From contig NW_026863541.1 of the NCBI RefSeq assembly GCF_026571515.1, positions 310,001 to 374,000 of the forward strand: a stretch of DNA of 64,000 nt, written 5' to 3'. The DNA is from Ruditapes philippinarum. Its lineage: Eukaryota. Made by a program: the position numbers and the translations under genes. Positions 51,083 through 63,689 of the stretch are shown piece after piece. The notes under the pieces were generated by a model. That model was not told the DNA's origin and did not search any database. It saw only the letters and a program-made list of their open reading frames with translations. Within the stretch, counting starts at the first letter, position 1. Every line of letters starts with the position of its first letter.

Positions 51083-52091
51083 ATTCTATCCAAACCACTC
51101 TCAAGTTAAGTTTTGTGGGTGTAACCACGAGTTCTGATGTCATCTGACCATACATCAACATGATACTACCAAGGCACACACCCACATCCTGTGTCATCAG
51201 CCGGACACAACAACACCTTTGCCAACACACCCCGTACTGGCTTCGTCTGTAATAATAATCTACCAGTCCCTGCTTTTTGTTTTTTCAAACTGTCAATGAT
51301 ACAAGAGCACTGCATGCCATGTGAACGGTTGTCTATGAAGGGCATGGACTATCAACAAAAACCAAAAAAAAAACACCATTTTTAAGGGGTGCCTATATTG
51401 AAACATAATTTCAGCAACAGAATTTAATTCTAAATCGTTCATACTTTACAGTTGTAGGCTTCTAAATTCAACTTCTTTTAAAAGGACAGCCATCTTAAGA
51501 GAACTAAACAGCTTGTGACCAAATTACCATAAAAGAATGGAAATATTAAAATGTTTGGTGAGTTTTGAGGATCATTGGAATGCATTACTGCTGTAAAACG
51601 GCAGTCCTGGTACCAAAACATGTGTCAGGGATGCAGAAAACCTGTGTAACTGCGTAAGAGCAAACCCTGCACATCTTATCATTACAATACAAACAACAAC
51701 CTACATGTCTGACCTTCAGAAATTGACCTTAAGAAATTGACCTTTAAAAATTTAAGCTAAAAGGTTCATATGATTTATTAGCAACCTCATTACACCTGCC
51801 AAAAATTGAGCATCACCTGTAAAAAAATCTCTTAAATAAAAATCAAAATATTTTCAAAACTACAAAAATCACTTATCATAAGACATTGAAATAATGGATA
51901 AAAAAAATCAAACTCTTATATTGCATTACTAAACTTGAAACTAAAATAAAAAATATCATTCATAGGAAAGAAATATTTACTGAAAACCTTCATAAAAACT
52001 TTAAAAGCTCATAAAAAATTTTTTTTTGGTTGTGTGTTCTGTGACATAATGTAAAACTATTTTTTTGTCCTCGATTTGTTATACAAATTTT

Positions 52092-52200
52092 ATTTTAGTA
52101 TGATTGCGCAAGAAGCTATTAGCTTATAAACACACTCTTGAATCTGTTTCTTGAACGATCTAGTACTAAACAATGTGTGTAAAGTTTCTAGCCCATGGAA
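52092..52200 (-). mobile_element. SINE family A, degenerate 3' fragment
   Basis: Similar to 42850-42960 (agcttat...gaatc...agtactaa.caatg.gtgtaaagtttct). Confidence 0.6.
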
Positions 52201-52804
52201 ACAAAGTGTGCCTCTGCCCTGTATTGTCCAGTAAAAACTTGCTGGTCAATTTTTTTTGCCCCAAATTTGACCTTTAGTAACACTGACACAGTTAAAGGTC
52301 ACATAGTGACCTTCCAGCTTCACAGCTTAATTATATTTCCAGACCTGTCTTTTTGTTTATCATTCTTTCATTTCAAAACCAGCAAAATGTAGCAAAAGTT
52401 TTTATCATTTTAATCTCGAGTATTCAAACAATGAACAATATAAAAGAAATTAAATAACTGTAAACAGTGTTTCCCCATTAAAATTTAATGAATTAGGTCA
52501 TATCTATATCATAATAACAAAAAAAACTATAAAGCTTTATTTTCACCTATATTCTACAAATTCATAGTTTCAATTCATTTAAATCCATGATCAGTCTGTT
52601 GTAAATATCAGATTTGTATTTGCACTTAATCAAACTCTCATTTATTTTAATATTAAACAGAATAATTCAAGTGTTTGGATATCAATTTCAAATAAGTACA
52701 GCAGATGTGTAATTAAAACCACTGGATTGGATCATAATTGATTACTTTTACATTTATAAGTCATGGACAATACATGATCACAAGTATCAGAAACTTTATT
52801 ATCG

Positions 52805-53186
52805 TTAAAGTGGCCTTCAGCTTTTATTTTCTGTTGGAAAAACAATTTTGTGTTGTTTCAAACTAAGTATTTCAGTAATTCTATCTTGGAAAAGTGCATC
52901 TTATAACTATTAAGCCTTCTTCAAAACAGCGTCATAAGAGCTATATATAACGCATAAATGACCTTCGTTTCTAAAAATAGATTATTAGGAAACAAATTGT
53001 CTGCTTAACTATTTAAATAAAGAAAGTGGACCAGTTGATCAAAGGTATCGAAGGGGTTCTCTTCTTGTATTTTATAGTCTGTAAATTTTCCACCTTAATT
53101 CATATGATTTGACAATAATAGCAAACGATTTATCTAAAAATAACATATATGTATCTAACCTTTAGAAAAGCTGATGGCTACTTTAA
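52805..53186. mobile_element. TTAA-flanked element with ~20-bp TIRs
   Basis: TTAAAGTGGCCTTCAGCTTTT ... AAAAGCTGATGGCTACTTTAA. Confidence 0.7.
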
Positions 53187-53573
53187 ATTAAGAAAAATAT
53201 ACAATGTTTTTTCAAAAAGTTTTGATTTATCTAAGACCATCGTCATAAATATCACCACATAAATACTTTTTATGAAAGAGACACATTTGCAGTTTTGAAA
53301 CTGTTGTTTTAAAGGCTTTTGTTTTTAAGAGGTATTCAACAAGCATGGCCTATATCATTCAGATTATGAATTTTTTGCAGTGCTTTGTTCAGATATGAGA
53401 TTAAAATTTTGCATTGATAGGGTTTTGTTCAGCAATGATGTCTTAAAAAAAAAACACACAAAAAAAACATTGTTCATACAAATATGTTCAAAAATGGTGT
53501 TGAGCATTAGAAATACTTGGAAATATCTGTACATTCTACAGTAAAAATGTCTATACAAGGATTGCTTGATAAA

Positions 53574-53868
53574 AACAAGAGCTGTCCATAAGACAGTGCA
53601 CTCTACTATTCTCAGGGCTTGACAGTAAGAAAAGTGGGTATAACTCTTTAAAAGCTACCTCAGAGTTATGGGACCTGTACCTATCATGTAATATTATCAT
53701 GTAATATAATCTCACAGTACAAGTGTGTGAAGTTTCAACCCATTCACTTCAGTAGTATTAGATACACAAACTTCCACAAAAAAACTTAAACAAAGTGTGA
53801 TGACGACACCAAAACTGACTCCTGGGCGAGTACAATTGCTCTCCCCATTCTTCTAACAGTTGAGCTAA
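53574..53868 (+). mobile_element. Short pearl/HINE-type element related to 37751
   Basis: AACAAGAGCTGTCC...GACAG start; one partial core (AGAGTTATG, TGAAGTTTCAA); end GGGCGAGTA...GCTCTCC...AGTTGAGCTAA. Confidence 0.7.
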
Positions 53869-54066
53869 TGATCTAGCAAATCAAATTCAGAATATTTCTC
53901 TGATATAATAATACATCTGACATAATTATCATTTAAAAATGCCTCCAATAAATCACAATGTCAGTAATCACAAGGCCTCTTTCAAAGAATTTTGACTCCT
54001 TTAGGTTAATCCATATCCTCTTTTATCCAATTTCCACATCTTTAGGTTACTATATGTATTTAAGTA

Positions 54067-54177
54067 TCACAGCTCCATAGCATTCCAGTCTATAGAACTG
54101 AAGAATGGATGAGTTTTAATTTCCTCTACACCATGAAGTCCTGACCCTAACCTTTCTCTCGGATTATACACTAATAA
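54067..54177 (-). CDS. RPS6KC1: RPS6KC1-like last coding exon
   Basis: [36 protein letters not shown] (AGC-type RLG...IKxHPFF..IDW ending); acceptor TTTCAG|; TGA at 54069-54067. Confidence 0.92.
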   Translation of the reverse strand, partial: LLVYNPRERLGSGLHGVEEIKTHPFFSSIDWNAMEL

Positions 54178-54271
54178 CTGAAATGTGTGATATAAATATA
54201 TATAAATTATGTGACATCATATTACTGATAATCTTTAAAAGTGAAAAAAATGTTTGAACACTCGGTCTAAC

Positions 54272-54355
54272 ATATCCTCACCTTAGTGCAATAACTGCTT
54301 AACTCCTATTAAATTTAGAAGGACTTAACCCATTACTGCACTAAAGTGACGATAT
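54272..54355. repeat. ~75-bp hairpin mini-element, copy 2
   Basis: Same sequence and orientation as 47745-47818. Confidence 0.8.
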
Positions 54356-54595
54356 ATGATCGTGCACAAGTTGTCACTGAGTTAAAACTGAAAAACTATT
54401 TTAAATTGTTGGACATTGTATCAATCTAAACATGTTAAGAAAGTCTTCTGTGTGTTATTCAACTTTATCCACTTAAAAAATTAGCTTTATAACCAATGTT
54501 AACCAACACTCTTGGGACACAAAATTCATAAATTTCATGCATGGTGAATAAATAAATACACAGATGTGTCTTCAAGAAGTTGGTTTAAACATATT

Positions 54596-54755
54596 AATTT
54601 AAGCTCAATTGCGAAACAAGTTCTTTCAACTTATATTAATCACTTTCGAGTCTGCTTCCTGGAACCAACCAGTAATGGTGTCATATAAAGGAACATGATT
54701 GTGATCCCATTAGGGCTCAAACCCAGGATCTCTGGGTTGAGAGACAGACACCTAA
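54596..54755 (-). mobile_element. SINE family A-related degenerate copy in RPS6KC1 intron
   Basis: tttaagctcaattg...ttcctggaaccaaccagta shared with the 42840 copy. Confidence 0.55.
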
Positions 54756-54820
54756 ACTTTAGGAAGTTTAACTTTATGTTAGAAACCAGAAAATACCGGA
54801 AAGGATGAAAAGTGACAAAC

Positions 54821-54916
54821 CTGTTGTAGCAAGGATCTGGCCTCCTCCGACAGATGTTCGGGAATGTTAAGCTGAGAGTGCGACGTTATACCGCCAGGAT
54901 GACAACAAAGTAATGT
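54821..54916 (-). CDS. RPS6KC1: RPS6KC1-like exon, subdomains X-XI
   Basis: TLLCCHPGGITSHSQLNIPEHLSEEARSLLQQ; acceptor TTTACAG|, donor CAG|GTTTGT; 96 nt, phase 0 to 0. Confidence 0.9.
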
Positions 54917-55332
54917 CTGTAAAATATAACGTTAACATGTTATAACTGAATGTAATCATAACTGAGATTTTTCTTGTTTGATTAAAACTTTCTTAGAAGC
55001 TGTTCTGAACAGTTCATTACAAATGTTGTGACTTGTGTAGTTAATGAAATTGAGACAAACAATAAACCATACCTGTCGGTGAACAGCCTTGATGCTTGTT
55101 AGTCAAAAGCAAGACAGAAAAAGGGGCATAAGTTTGTAAAAAATAATTTATGGATTATCTGCACCTTTGAATTGGAGTCTTGAAAATGAAGTGAATAGCT
55201 TAAAGAGTTTCCGAGAAAGTTGACCTTAACATACAGGTTAACCAACACCAACAAGAGGGTCATGACAGTGGCTCCAATTTTTTTCTTTTTTCGTTAAGTG
55301 AAGCTATAAAGATAAATTATTTTCATGATAAT

Positions 55333-55569
55333 TGAGCCGCGTCACGACAAAACCAGCATAATGGGTTTGCAACCAGCAAGGATCCAGACCAGCCTGCGTA
55401 TCTGCGCAGTCTGATCATGATCCATGCTGTTCGCTATCAGTTTCTCTACTTGTAATAGGGTTTGTAAGCGAACAGCATGGATCCTGACTAGACTGCGCGG
55501 ATGCGCAGGCTGGTCTGGATCCATGCTGGTCACAAACCCATTATGTTGGTTTTGTCATGACGCGGCTCA
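55333..55569. mobile_element. Palindromic MITE family M1 in RPS6KC1 intron
   Basis: 237 bp, same TIRs. Confidence 0.95.
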
Positions 55570-55813
55570 TATTTATTTCAGACAGATTAGAAGAAAGTTT
55601 GAAGTTTGTATGATCCACTCTTGAATCCATTTCATTGAATTAACATGTGCTGTTATATTTCTTCACATTCTTCAGAAAAAAAAACTGTTTGAATTATCTA
55701 GATATTACATTTTTATTTTACAAAATATTCCAATAAGTGTGACAAAAAATCTGTTTCCTTTAAGAAAATGAACATTTCTCAAAGTATTTTTTCAAAGTAA
55801 ATATTTTTGATAC

Positions 55814-55896
55814 CTTGCCAACCAGAAGTTCATAAAGTAGGACACCTAGACTCCACCAATCACAACTCTCCGTGTATCCACCTATTGTGCTGACTT
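55814..55896 (-). CDS. RPS6KC1: RPS6KC1-like exon, kinase subdomain IX
   Basis: (E)VSTIGGYTESCDWWSLGVLLYELLVGK; acceptor TTTGTAG|, donor AAG|GTATCA; 83 nt, phase 1 to 0. Confidence 0.92.
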
Positions 55897-56804
55897 CTAC
55901 AAAAAAAAATTATCGTCTAGTATGTCTACAACAACAACAGCAATCAAATAATCTTAAAAAAACAACAACAAAAAAACCCCCATAAATCTGTTGTTATTGC
56001 TCATTCATGATAACATAAACCAGTATTTATCAGAGAGAATTTCTATAGAAAAAAACCCCACAAATTTATGACTGTATTTATATGGCACTCATATACCATC
56101 CTTGCCATGTATCACAATATATTATACATTTATTGTAATAACAAAAAAAAACAAACCTCGCCACCTAGCGGATATGCATATTAAAATCAGAGAAGATTTA
56201 ATATTACTTTATACCAGTATCTTCACCTGTTCTTTGTTACGAACCTCAAGAAATAGGAGAGAACAATTGAGGTTATGACATGGTGAAAATACAGTAAATA
56301 TTGATTAATTCTGTTCATAAGAAGTAAAAACCCATACTTCATAAGTATCTTTAATTAAAGTTTAAAAAAAATAAAACTTAAAAAGACTTTTTTTGGTATA
56401 TGTTTTTATTTTTCAGATTTTTACTGTGATAAAACAGTACAAACTTTTTAGTCACATGGTACACTTTAATTAATAGTAGGAATAACACCCATTGGCCTAT
56501 GGGAAATTAACATTACAAAAATAATGAGAACTAATAATACAAAATGACAATTTGGTGCTGATTAGACTAGAAATGTGTCGTCACGCCATGGATGCCTCGC
56601 ATGCAGCCAAAATTTCAAAAGGTATAATAATATTAAGTTCCAAATTTGTTTGCAGAAACTATCTTTTTAATTCTAAGTTCAAAGCCTTTTAACTACTGAA
56701 TGTTACCACAAAACCATTTTTATACAAAGTTCCAGGCCATGAAAGTATTATGGATGAATTAAAGTTTCTACCACTAAATAAAATTGAAACAATAGAACAA
56801 CAAA

Positions 56805-57130
56805 TCAAAGTACTGTACATCAAAACAGAGTACTGTACATCAAAACAGAGTAATTTACATCAAAACTGAGTAATGTACATCAAAACAGAGTAATGTACAT
56901 CAAAACTGAGTAATGTACATCAAAACAAAGTACTGTACATCAAAACAGAGTACTGTATATCAAAACAGAGTACTGTACATCAAAACAGAGTAATTTACAT
57001 CAAAACAGAGTAATTTACATCAAAACTGAGTAATTTACATCAAAACAAAGTATGGTACATCAAAACAGAGTAATGTACATAAAAACAGAGTAATGTACAT
57101 CAAAACAGAGTAATGTTCATCAAAACAGAG
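56805..57130 (+). repeat. 20-bp minisatellite, about 16 copies
   Basis: Unit CATCAAAACAGAGTAATGTA. Confidence 0.95.
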
Positions 57131-57764
57131 CTTGAATTTTCTGTAAATGCACAAGCAAGCCAAAATTTTTGTATTCTAAGACTTTCAAAAAAAAAAAAAA
57201 AAAAGCAGGAAGTAGCCTCACTTTCAGTCTAATATGTTTTTGTTTTGTTTAATCCTCTCCTTTAATAACAGCTTTTTTGGTGGGGATATTGATGCAATAA
57301 TTTTCCACCTAATGATTTATATTGCTGATGTCAGCTTTATTAAACGTGGGTCTCAGCTGTTCTCAGTATAGAACAGTTAAGTATCAATAACAAATAAATG
57401 CAGAAACTGTCTCCAATCTTCAATAATAACGCTACAGACAAATCAGTAAAAGGATGTTCGTGACATGGCATATTTTTTCCTTACGTGTTTTTCAACTGTA
57501 TTAATAGCAACATATATTTAGATTAAAATGATAAATCAAATGATTATTTTAAATAAAGAAGAAAAAAAGCACACTAAAGATGTATGCATTAGGCACTTTT
57601 CAACCACATTATTTTCTGCCACAGTGGCATATTTACAAACTTAATATTAATGCATATTCTGTATAAAATCAAGTTATATTAAAAAAAAATAGATAATAAA
57701 AAAATTATGCAATAACATTATAACAAATAAATTTCACAAACACGCATTTGATTTTTTACACCAA

Positions 57765-58012
57765 TTTTAACACAATTTTTTGGTCATATCTCTGCACCTA
57801 ACCAGATTTCCTGGACAACTAACCACCTAACCAAAGTTCCTGGACAACTAATCAGTAATTACCAATTTCTCCACAAGTGACCGACTACTAACACAATAAG
57901 AAATCAGTGGTGACAGACAAATGACTCCATGTCACGGAGAAATTTTACTTGAGGATCAAACCAGGGCATCCCTAGAGCACAAATTATGCTCTCCCTATTG
58001 AGCTAAGCAGGC
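57765..58012 (-). mobile_element. Degenerate tRNA-derived SINE in RPS6KC1 intron
   Basis: Reverse strand starts GCCTGCTTAGCTCAATAGGGAGAGC...GGTTTGATCC (A/B boxes) and ends in a SINE-like tail. Confidence 0.6.
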
Positions 58013-58241
58013 ACCAACAAACCTATGACTGTGCGAACTTTTGTTCTTGATTATTAGTTAGACAAGCATTTCATACTTCAATGTTTCTCTGACCTCATGA
58101 CAGTCTCTACACGCCATAGGAACTGACCCTAAAAAGATTTGCTGATCTTAGTCTGCACTGGTTGCATGCGTAGATTCTTAACGGGCCAGCAGGCTTTTTT
58201 TTATAAAAAAGATGTAGGAAAATAATATAACATCAACTAAC

Positions 58242-58369
58242 CTGGTGCAACATACATTTGCTGTACAGCTTCAAAGTCCATACTATCAGTGACCTGATTG
58301 ATCTGGAAAAAGTAGGTCAAGGTCGCATGACCTTGGTCACCCAGGAGAATGTTGTCAGGTTTAAGTTCT
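58242..58369 (-). CDS. RPS6KC1: RPS6KC1-like exon, catalytic loop to APE
   Basis: Manual translation (R)ELKPDNILLGDQGHATLTYFFQINQVTDSMDFEAVQQMYVAP(E); acceptor TTTCAG|, donor CAG|GTTAGT; 128 nt, phase 2 to 1. Not in the ORF track. Confidence 0.9.
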
Positions 58370-59024
58370 CTGAAAGAAAAAAGTGATTATCATTACCCAT
58401 ATATTCATATTCAAATATGCCAGTTTGCAAATAAGTTACATTATTATATCACTAGTTATATGACCAAGAATATAAATATGGTTGTTAGTCTCTATAACAA
58501 AAGCTAATAGCAGTAGACAAGGGTAATAAATATAGCAAACTTCCAATTGTCAAAAGTCTCAATAAGGTCATTAAATACTGAGCCAATGCCTCCTTCATAT
58601 TAAACAAATTCATAATTTTGTAGCAGCCATCCCATGCTTGGTGACCATGGCTAATCATTAGATGACGTAAAGGGAATGTTTATTGTATCGACTATGCAGC
58701 CATGTTACCTATGTATACAATGTAGATAACATAAAATATAAGTTTTAAACTGAATTAAACAGTATAACAATGATCAACACACAAAAATTCACAAAAAATG
58801 GTGGCTGTGAAAGAACTTGTTATAGTACTACAAGTGACTACAGAGATCAAAAGATATGTTTAATCCTTAAATACTTGCTTTTTTAAAGTCATCAATAATG
58901 TGCTTATAAAGTAAGTAGCTTTCATTCGGGAAATAAAAGGAAAACAAATTCTTTATGAAAATTTAACACACCCTCATGGCTAAATTAAGGTAAATATCTT
59001 TTTATCACATGATTATTTACTAAC

Positions 59025-60709
59025 CTACAAATAATGCCTAAAGAATGTAATGTGGATAATGCTACAATAATTTCAGCAGCCCAACGTCTGATGAATGATT
59101 CCGGTATCTTGACCTGGTCCGGACTCTGTGCCGACAAATCCAGTTGCTCGAACATATGCGATATTGTCCTGTGGCGTGATTTGGAAGGAGACTTAGATTC
59201 ATAGTCACTAGAAGCTGATCTACTTAATTCCATAGAATTTATTCTAGATAATGACATTTTATGTCCTACTCCTTTACCTATTTCTGTCCCTCCTCTTGAC
59301 TTTGAGTCTGAACAATTCCTTGACCTTTGACCTGACTGTGAACTTTCTTTATCAAACTTGTTTTCTTCAGTTTTAGATGAGTTAAGAATATCACTGATTA
59401 TTGAATCACCAATGTTATTTGAGTTTACATTGATTTCACTAGAAGTAGGTCGACTAAGGTCAAAATCACGCGACCTTGAATCAGACTGACTATCTGATGT
59501 GTCACCATGGTGACCAAGGTCGTATATACTAGGTTCTTCTGCTGGACTGTCTATAGTTATTGAGCTAGTGGTGGTTGTTAATGGTGAACTAATCTGGTCT
59601 GCTGTGTCTTTATCTACTTTTGCTGAAACTTCACTATCTATTTGAGACAAAGTTCTTTCCACTGTTCTTAATAACTGTTTTGAACTTTTAATAATATCAT
59701 TAGACACATCACCTGAATGATCACTGTCTATATCTGATGATTTGTCATCATTTTCTTGATGATTTTGACTAGAACATGTTCCAACAGTTTGGCCAGAGAT
59801 CGGAGGATTCTCTTCATTCATATTCTCATTGTTTATATCATTTAATCCTTTGTCACAACTGAAGACTTCAGTATCACAGTTTAGCTCATTTACTTCATGT
59901 ATCACCTCTATTTGATCAGACACATTACTATCTACCCGGCTAAACCCTTCAGTACTATCAAAACTATTTATACTGAAGTCCTCTAATGCAGGCTTGCTCC
60001 TATTCTTTTGTAACAAATCCTGAAATTGTCCACCCTGTGAATTCTGTCTCTCAAAAGGGGTGTGGCTAAAATTTGGCCCCTCCCCTTCATCATCAGCATT
60101 CTCCTCGGATGAAAAACTTGTAAATCTATTATAATCTGTTCTTCTCTCTGAGACTTTGTTATCATTCCCTTCGTCATGGTTTTCATCCTCATCTTTTCCA
60201 ATTGCTACCTTCACATCAATAATATCGTCTTTGTGCTCTTGTGTATCCAACTGAAAATCACCTACACTTAATTCCTGCACATTAGTTTTTTCAGGTTTAC
60301 CTAGGAAAATATCATTTGTTCCTTTAGTGAAAGTAACTTTATCACCTAATTCACTTTGCTTTTTACCGTCGCCTTTCCCCGATTCCTTTGAACTTTCTGC
60401 TTCCTGGTCCTTTATAAATGATTTTCTTTGATTATCATCCGTATGAATCTTAAACCCTGTATAAACATTTTGAAAGTCCTGGTTAGGATACCCATCCTCC
60501 CCACCAGGGCCTCCTTCACGCGCCTGCTCCTGAGCATATCTCAGGTAGGCCCCGACATAGTTCCAGAGTTTCCCGCCACTCGCATACTGCAGCAGAAGGT
60601 ATATTGTACTGGATGTCTCGTAAAATTTGTGTAACTGAACCATATAAGGACAGGATGATGGTAGGATATTTCTCAGTTTTCTGTTCCCTGTTGTCGACTT
60701 GTAAACTCT
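59025..60709 (-). CDS. RPS6KC1: RPS6KC1-like large exon: kinase N-lobe, long Ser/Asp-rich insertion, alphaE to catalytic loop
   Basis: RVYKSTTG...CPYMVQLHKFYETSSTIYLLLQYASGGKLW...[insert]...IPESFIRRWAAEIIVALSTLHSLGIICR; acceptor TTTTTTCAG|, donor TAG|GTTAGT; 1685 nt, phase 0 to 2. Confidence 0.93.
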
Positions 60710-61116
60710 CTGAAAAAAAGACAGAAAGCTGCTTTCATTATTAAGTAAAGGGAGGCAACTTCTTTTTAAAACACCAATCTAATAAAAAAAACATTGGCAG
60801 CCATATTTAAAAACACAAGACATAAGAAAAGATGAATTAATTTCAAAGTTAAGAAAATATATGCAAGAAGAAATTTCCATGACTTTAAGATTAAGAGAAG
60901 AATTATTCATTAAGCACAAACTCTGTATGTTTTATTCGAGTTAAACAGATGGCTTCAAATTTTCATGTTTTTTTCCCCTTCTTTTGCAAAGTTTACTATA
61001 GCAGATAGAGTAGTCATAACAATCCAATGGAAATACTGTTTCAAAAAACTCCAAAGATCACAAAGTCAATGTCCTGAAACTTCAATTAATATTAATTGCA
61101 ATTTAAAAAAAAATGT

Positions 61117-62854
61117 AAACAAGAGGGCCATGATGGCCCTGAGGTCGCTCACCTGTATCAAGGCCCCCGGATCGGGGCCAGTTTAAACCCCAGGGCTTTT
61201 ATTTGAACAAACTTGAAAGACACTCATTAGAAGATGTTTCACAATGTTTAGTTTGTTAAGTTTTTACTACACACATAATGAAAAACAATGATCTCCCCCC
61301 CCCCCTCCAGCAGGGCCAATTTTCACCCGAGGGCTTTTATTTGAACAAACTTTGTAGACACCCATAAGAAGATGTTTCATGCTAAAACATCTAAGCTCTA
61401 GCTCACTGGGTTTTTTAAAAGAAGTTATTTTAAGTTTTTACTATACACATATAGTTAAAAACAATGATACCCCTGGGGCGGGGCCAGTTTTGACCCCAGG
61501 GCTTTTATTTGAACAAACTTTGTAGACACTTATTAGAAGATGTTTCATGCTGAATATCTTAACTCTAGCTATTTGGGTTTTTTCAAAGAAGATTTTTAAG
61601 TTTTTGCTATACACATATAAGGAAAATCAATGACCCCCAGGGGCGGGGCCAATTTTGACCCCAGGGCTTTTATTTGAACAAACTTTGTAGACACTCACTA
61701 GAACATGTTTCATGCTTAATATCTAAACTCTAGCTATTTGGTTTTTTTCAAAGAAGATTTTGTAAGTTTTTGCTATAAATATATAAGGAAAATCAATGAC
61801 CCCCGGGGCGGAGCCAATTTTGACCCCAGGGCTTTTATTTGAACAAACTTGGTAGACACCCACTAGAACATGTTTCATGCTAAATATCTTAGCTCTAGCT
61901 CTTTGAGTTCTTTAAAAGAAGATTTTTCAAGTTTTTACTATATGCATATAGGGAAAATCAATGACCCCATGGGGCGGGGCCAATTTTGACCCCAGGGCTT
62001 TAATTTGAACAAACTTTGTAGACACTCACTAGAACATGTTTGGTGCTTAATATCTAAACTCTAGCTATTTGGTTTTTTTCAAAGAAGATTTTAAGTTTTT
62101 GCTATACATATATAAGGAAAATCAATGACCCCCGGGGCGGAGCCAATTTTGACCCCAGGGCTTTTATTTGAACAAACTTGGTAGACACCCACTAGAACAT
62201 GTTTCATGCTATATATCTTAGCTCTAGCTCTTTGAGTTCTTTAAAAGAAGATTTTTTAAGTTTTTACTATATGCATATAGGGAAAATCAATGACCCCATG
62301 GGGCGGGGCCAATTTTGACCCCAGGGCTTTTATTTGAACAAACTTGGTAGACACTCACTAGAACATGTTTCATGCTGAATATCTAGGCTCTAGCTCTTTG
62401 GGTTCTTTAAAAGAAGATTTTTTAAGTTTTTACTATATGCATATAGGGAAAATCAATTACCCCCTGGGGCGGGGCCAATTTTGACCCCAGGGATTTTATT
62501 TGAACAAACTTGATAGATACTCACTAGAAGATGTTTCATGCTAAATATCTAAGCTCTAGCTCTTAGGTTTTTTAAAAGAAGATATTTAAAGTTTTTTCTT
62601 TCGGTTGCCATGGCAACCGAAAGTTCTGCATGGAATTAAATTCTTTGAACAATTTTTAAAGGTGACCACCAAAGGAACATTCCTGTGAAGTTTGGATGAA
62701 ATTGGCTTAGTGGTTTATGAGGAGATGTCATTTAAAGTAAAAGTTTACAGACGGACGACGGACGACAGACGGACGGACGATGGACGGCCGGACGCCGGAC
62801 GAAAAGCGATCACAAAAGCTCACCCTGTCACTTTGTGACAGGTGAGCTAAAAAA
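61117..62854 (+). mobile_element. Pearl/HINE-type element with ~9 tandem ~165-bp core repeats in RPS6KC1 intron
   Basis: 5' AACAAGAGGGCCATGATGGCCCT hairpin + GCTCACCT; core GGGGCGGGGCCAATTTTGACCCCAGGG every ~165 bp; (GACG/GGAC)n microsatellite 62748-62800; 3' hairpin GCTCACCCTGTCAC-TTT-GTGACAGGTGAGC + A run. Confidence 0.9.
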
Positions 62855-63031
62855 CCATAAAATTTGAAAAAATAAATAAAATAAATTCTTGTATAGATCA
62901 GTGGTTATGCACATAAATTGAGAAAAAAACTGCAACGGATTATATAGAAATACACTAGGAATTAAACTTATTTTTTTTCCCCCATTTCCTGAAAAAGTAA
63001 TAAAAACATTTACATGTCCTGATAAATTTAC

Positions 63032-63187
63032 CTTTATAATGTAAGTCTCCTCTGTGTCCCTGTCCAACACTAATATAACTTTATCTATAGTACCTAACAC
63101 CTTGAACTTCTTCAAATCACTTGCCGGACTCCTCAAAAAGGTCAATGCGGGGTCAACTTCTGTAGATGGACTTAAAGTACTATCCAT
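63032..63187 (-). CDS. RPS6KC1: RPS6KC1-like exon, start of kinase-like N-lobe
   Basis: MDSTLSP...LKKFKVLGTIDKVILVLDRDTEETYIIK; acceptor TTACAG|, donor AAG|GTAAAT; 156 nt, phase 0 to 0. Confidence 0.9.
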
Positions 63188-63454
63188 CTGTAAATAAGGG
63201 GAGACAAATTATGAGAATATAATATTGTAGTATTTGTACAGTTATGATTTTTTAAAAACGAAACCTAAAAACACAATATGAAATGTAATATTGGTCAGTT
63301 TTGTTATTTGTGGCAGGCACAGTGTATAAGTTATCAGTATTTAAACTGAGATATGGAATCGGTAAATCGGTCAAGATTATATTTAGTAATGTCCATTTAT
63401 CTTCTGATGTAAATTTTGAAAGGTTGTTACGTTTTTTTTTTTATGAAAACTCAA

Positions 63455-63670
63455 TATATTATGTTTTATGACACCTAAATATATTATGTTTTATGACATC
63501 TAAATGTATAATGTTTTATGACATCTCAATATATTATAAAACATCTTACTCATTATGTATTATGACATCTGAATATATTACATTTTATGACATCTAAATA
63601 CATTATGTTTTCTGACATATAAATACATTATGTTTTATGACATCTAAATACATAAGGTTTTGTGACATAT
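63455..63670 (+). repeat. 25-bp minisatellite next to an RPS6KC1 splice donor
   Basis: Unit TATATTATGTTTTATGACATCTAAA. Confidence 0.85.
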
Positions 63671-63689
63671 AAATTAAGAAAGCACATAC

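Noticed and set aside
6918-55624. Similar short ORFs (MDPDQTARMRRLVWIHAG..., MLVANPLCWFC...) at 6918, 17157, 17399, 22505, 22712, 55342 and 55424
   Set aside because: All are translations of the palindromic M1 MITE, not a gene family.
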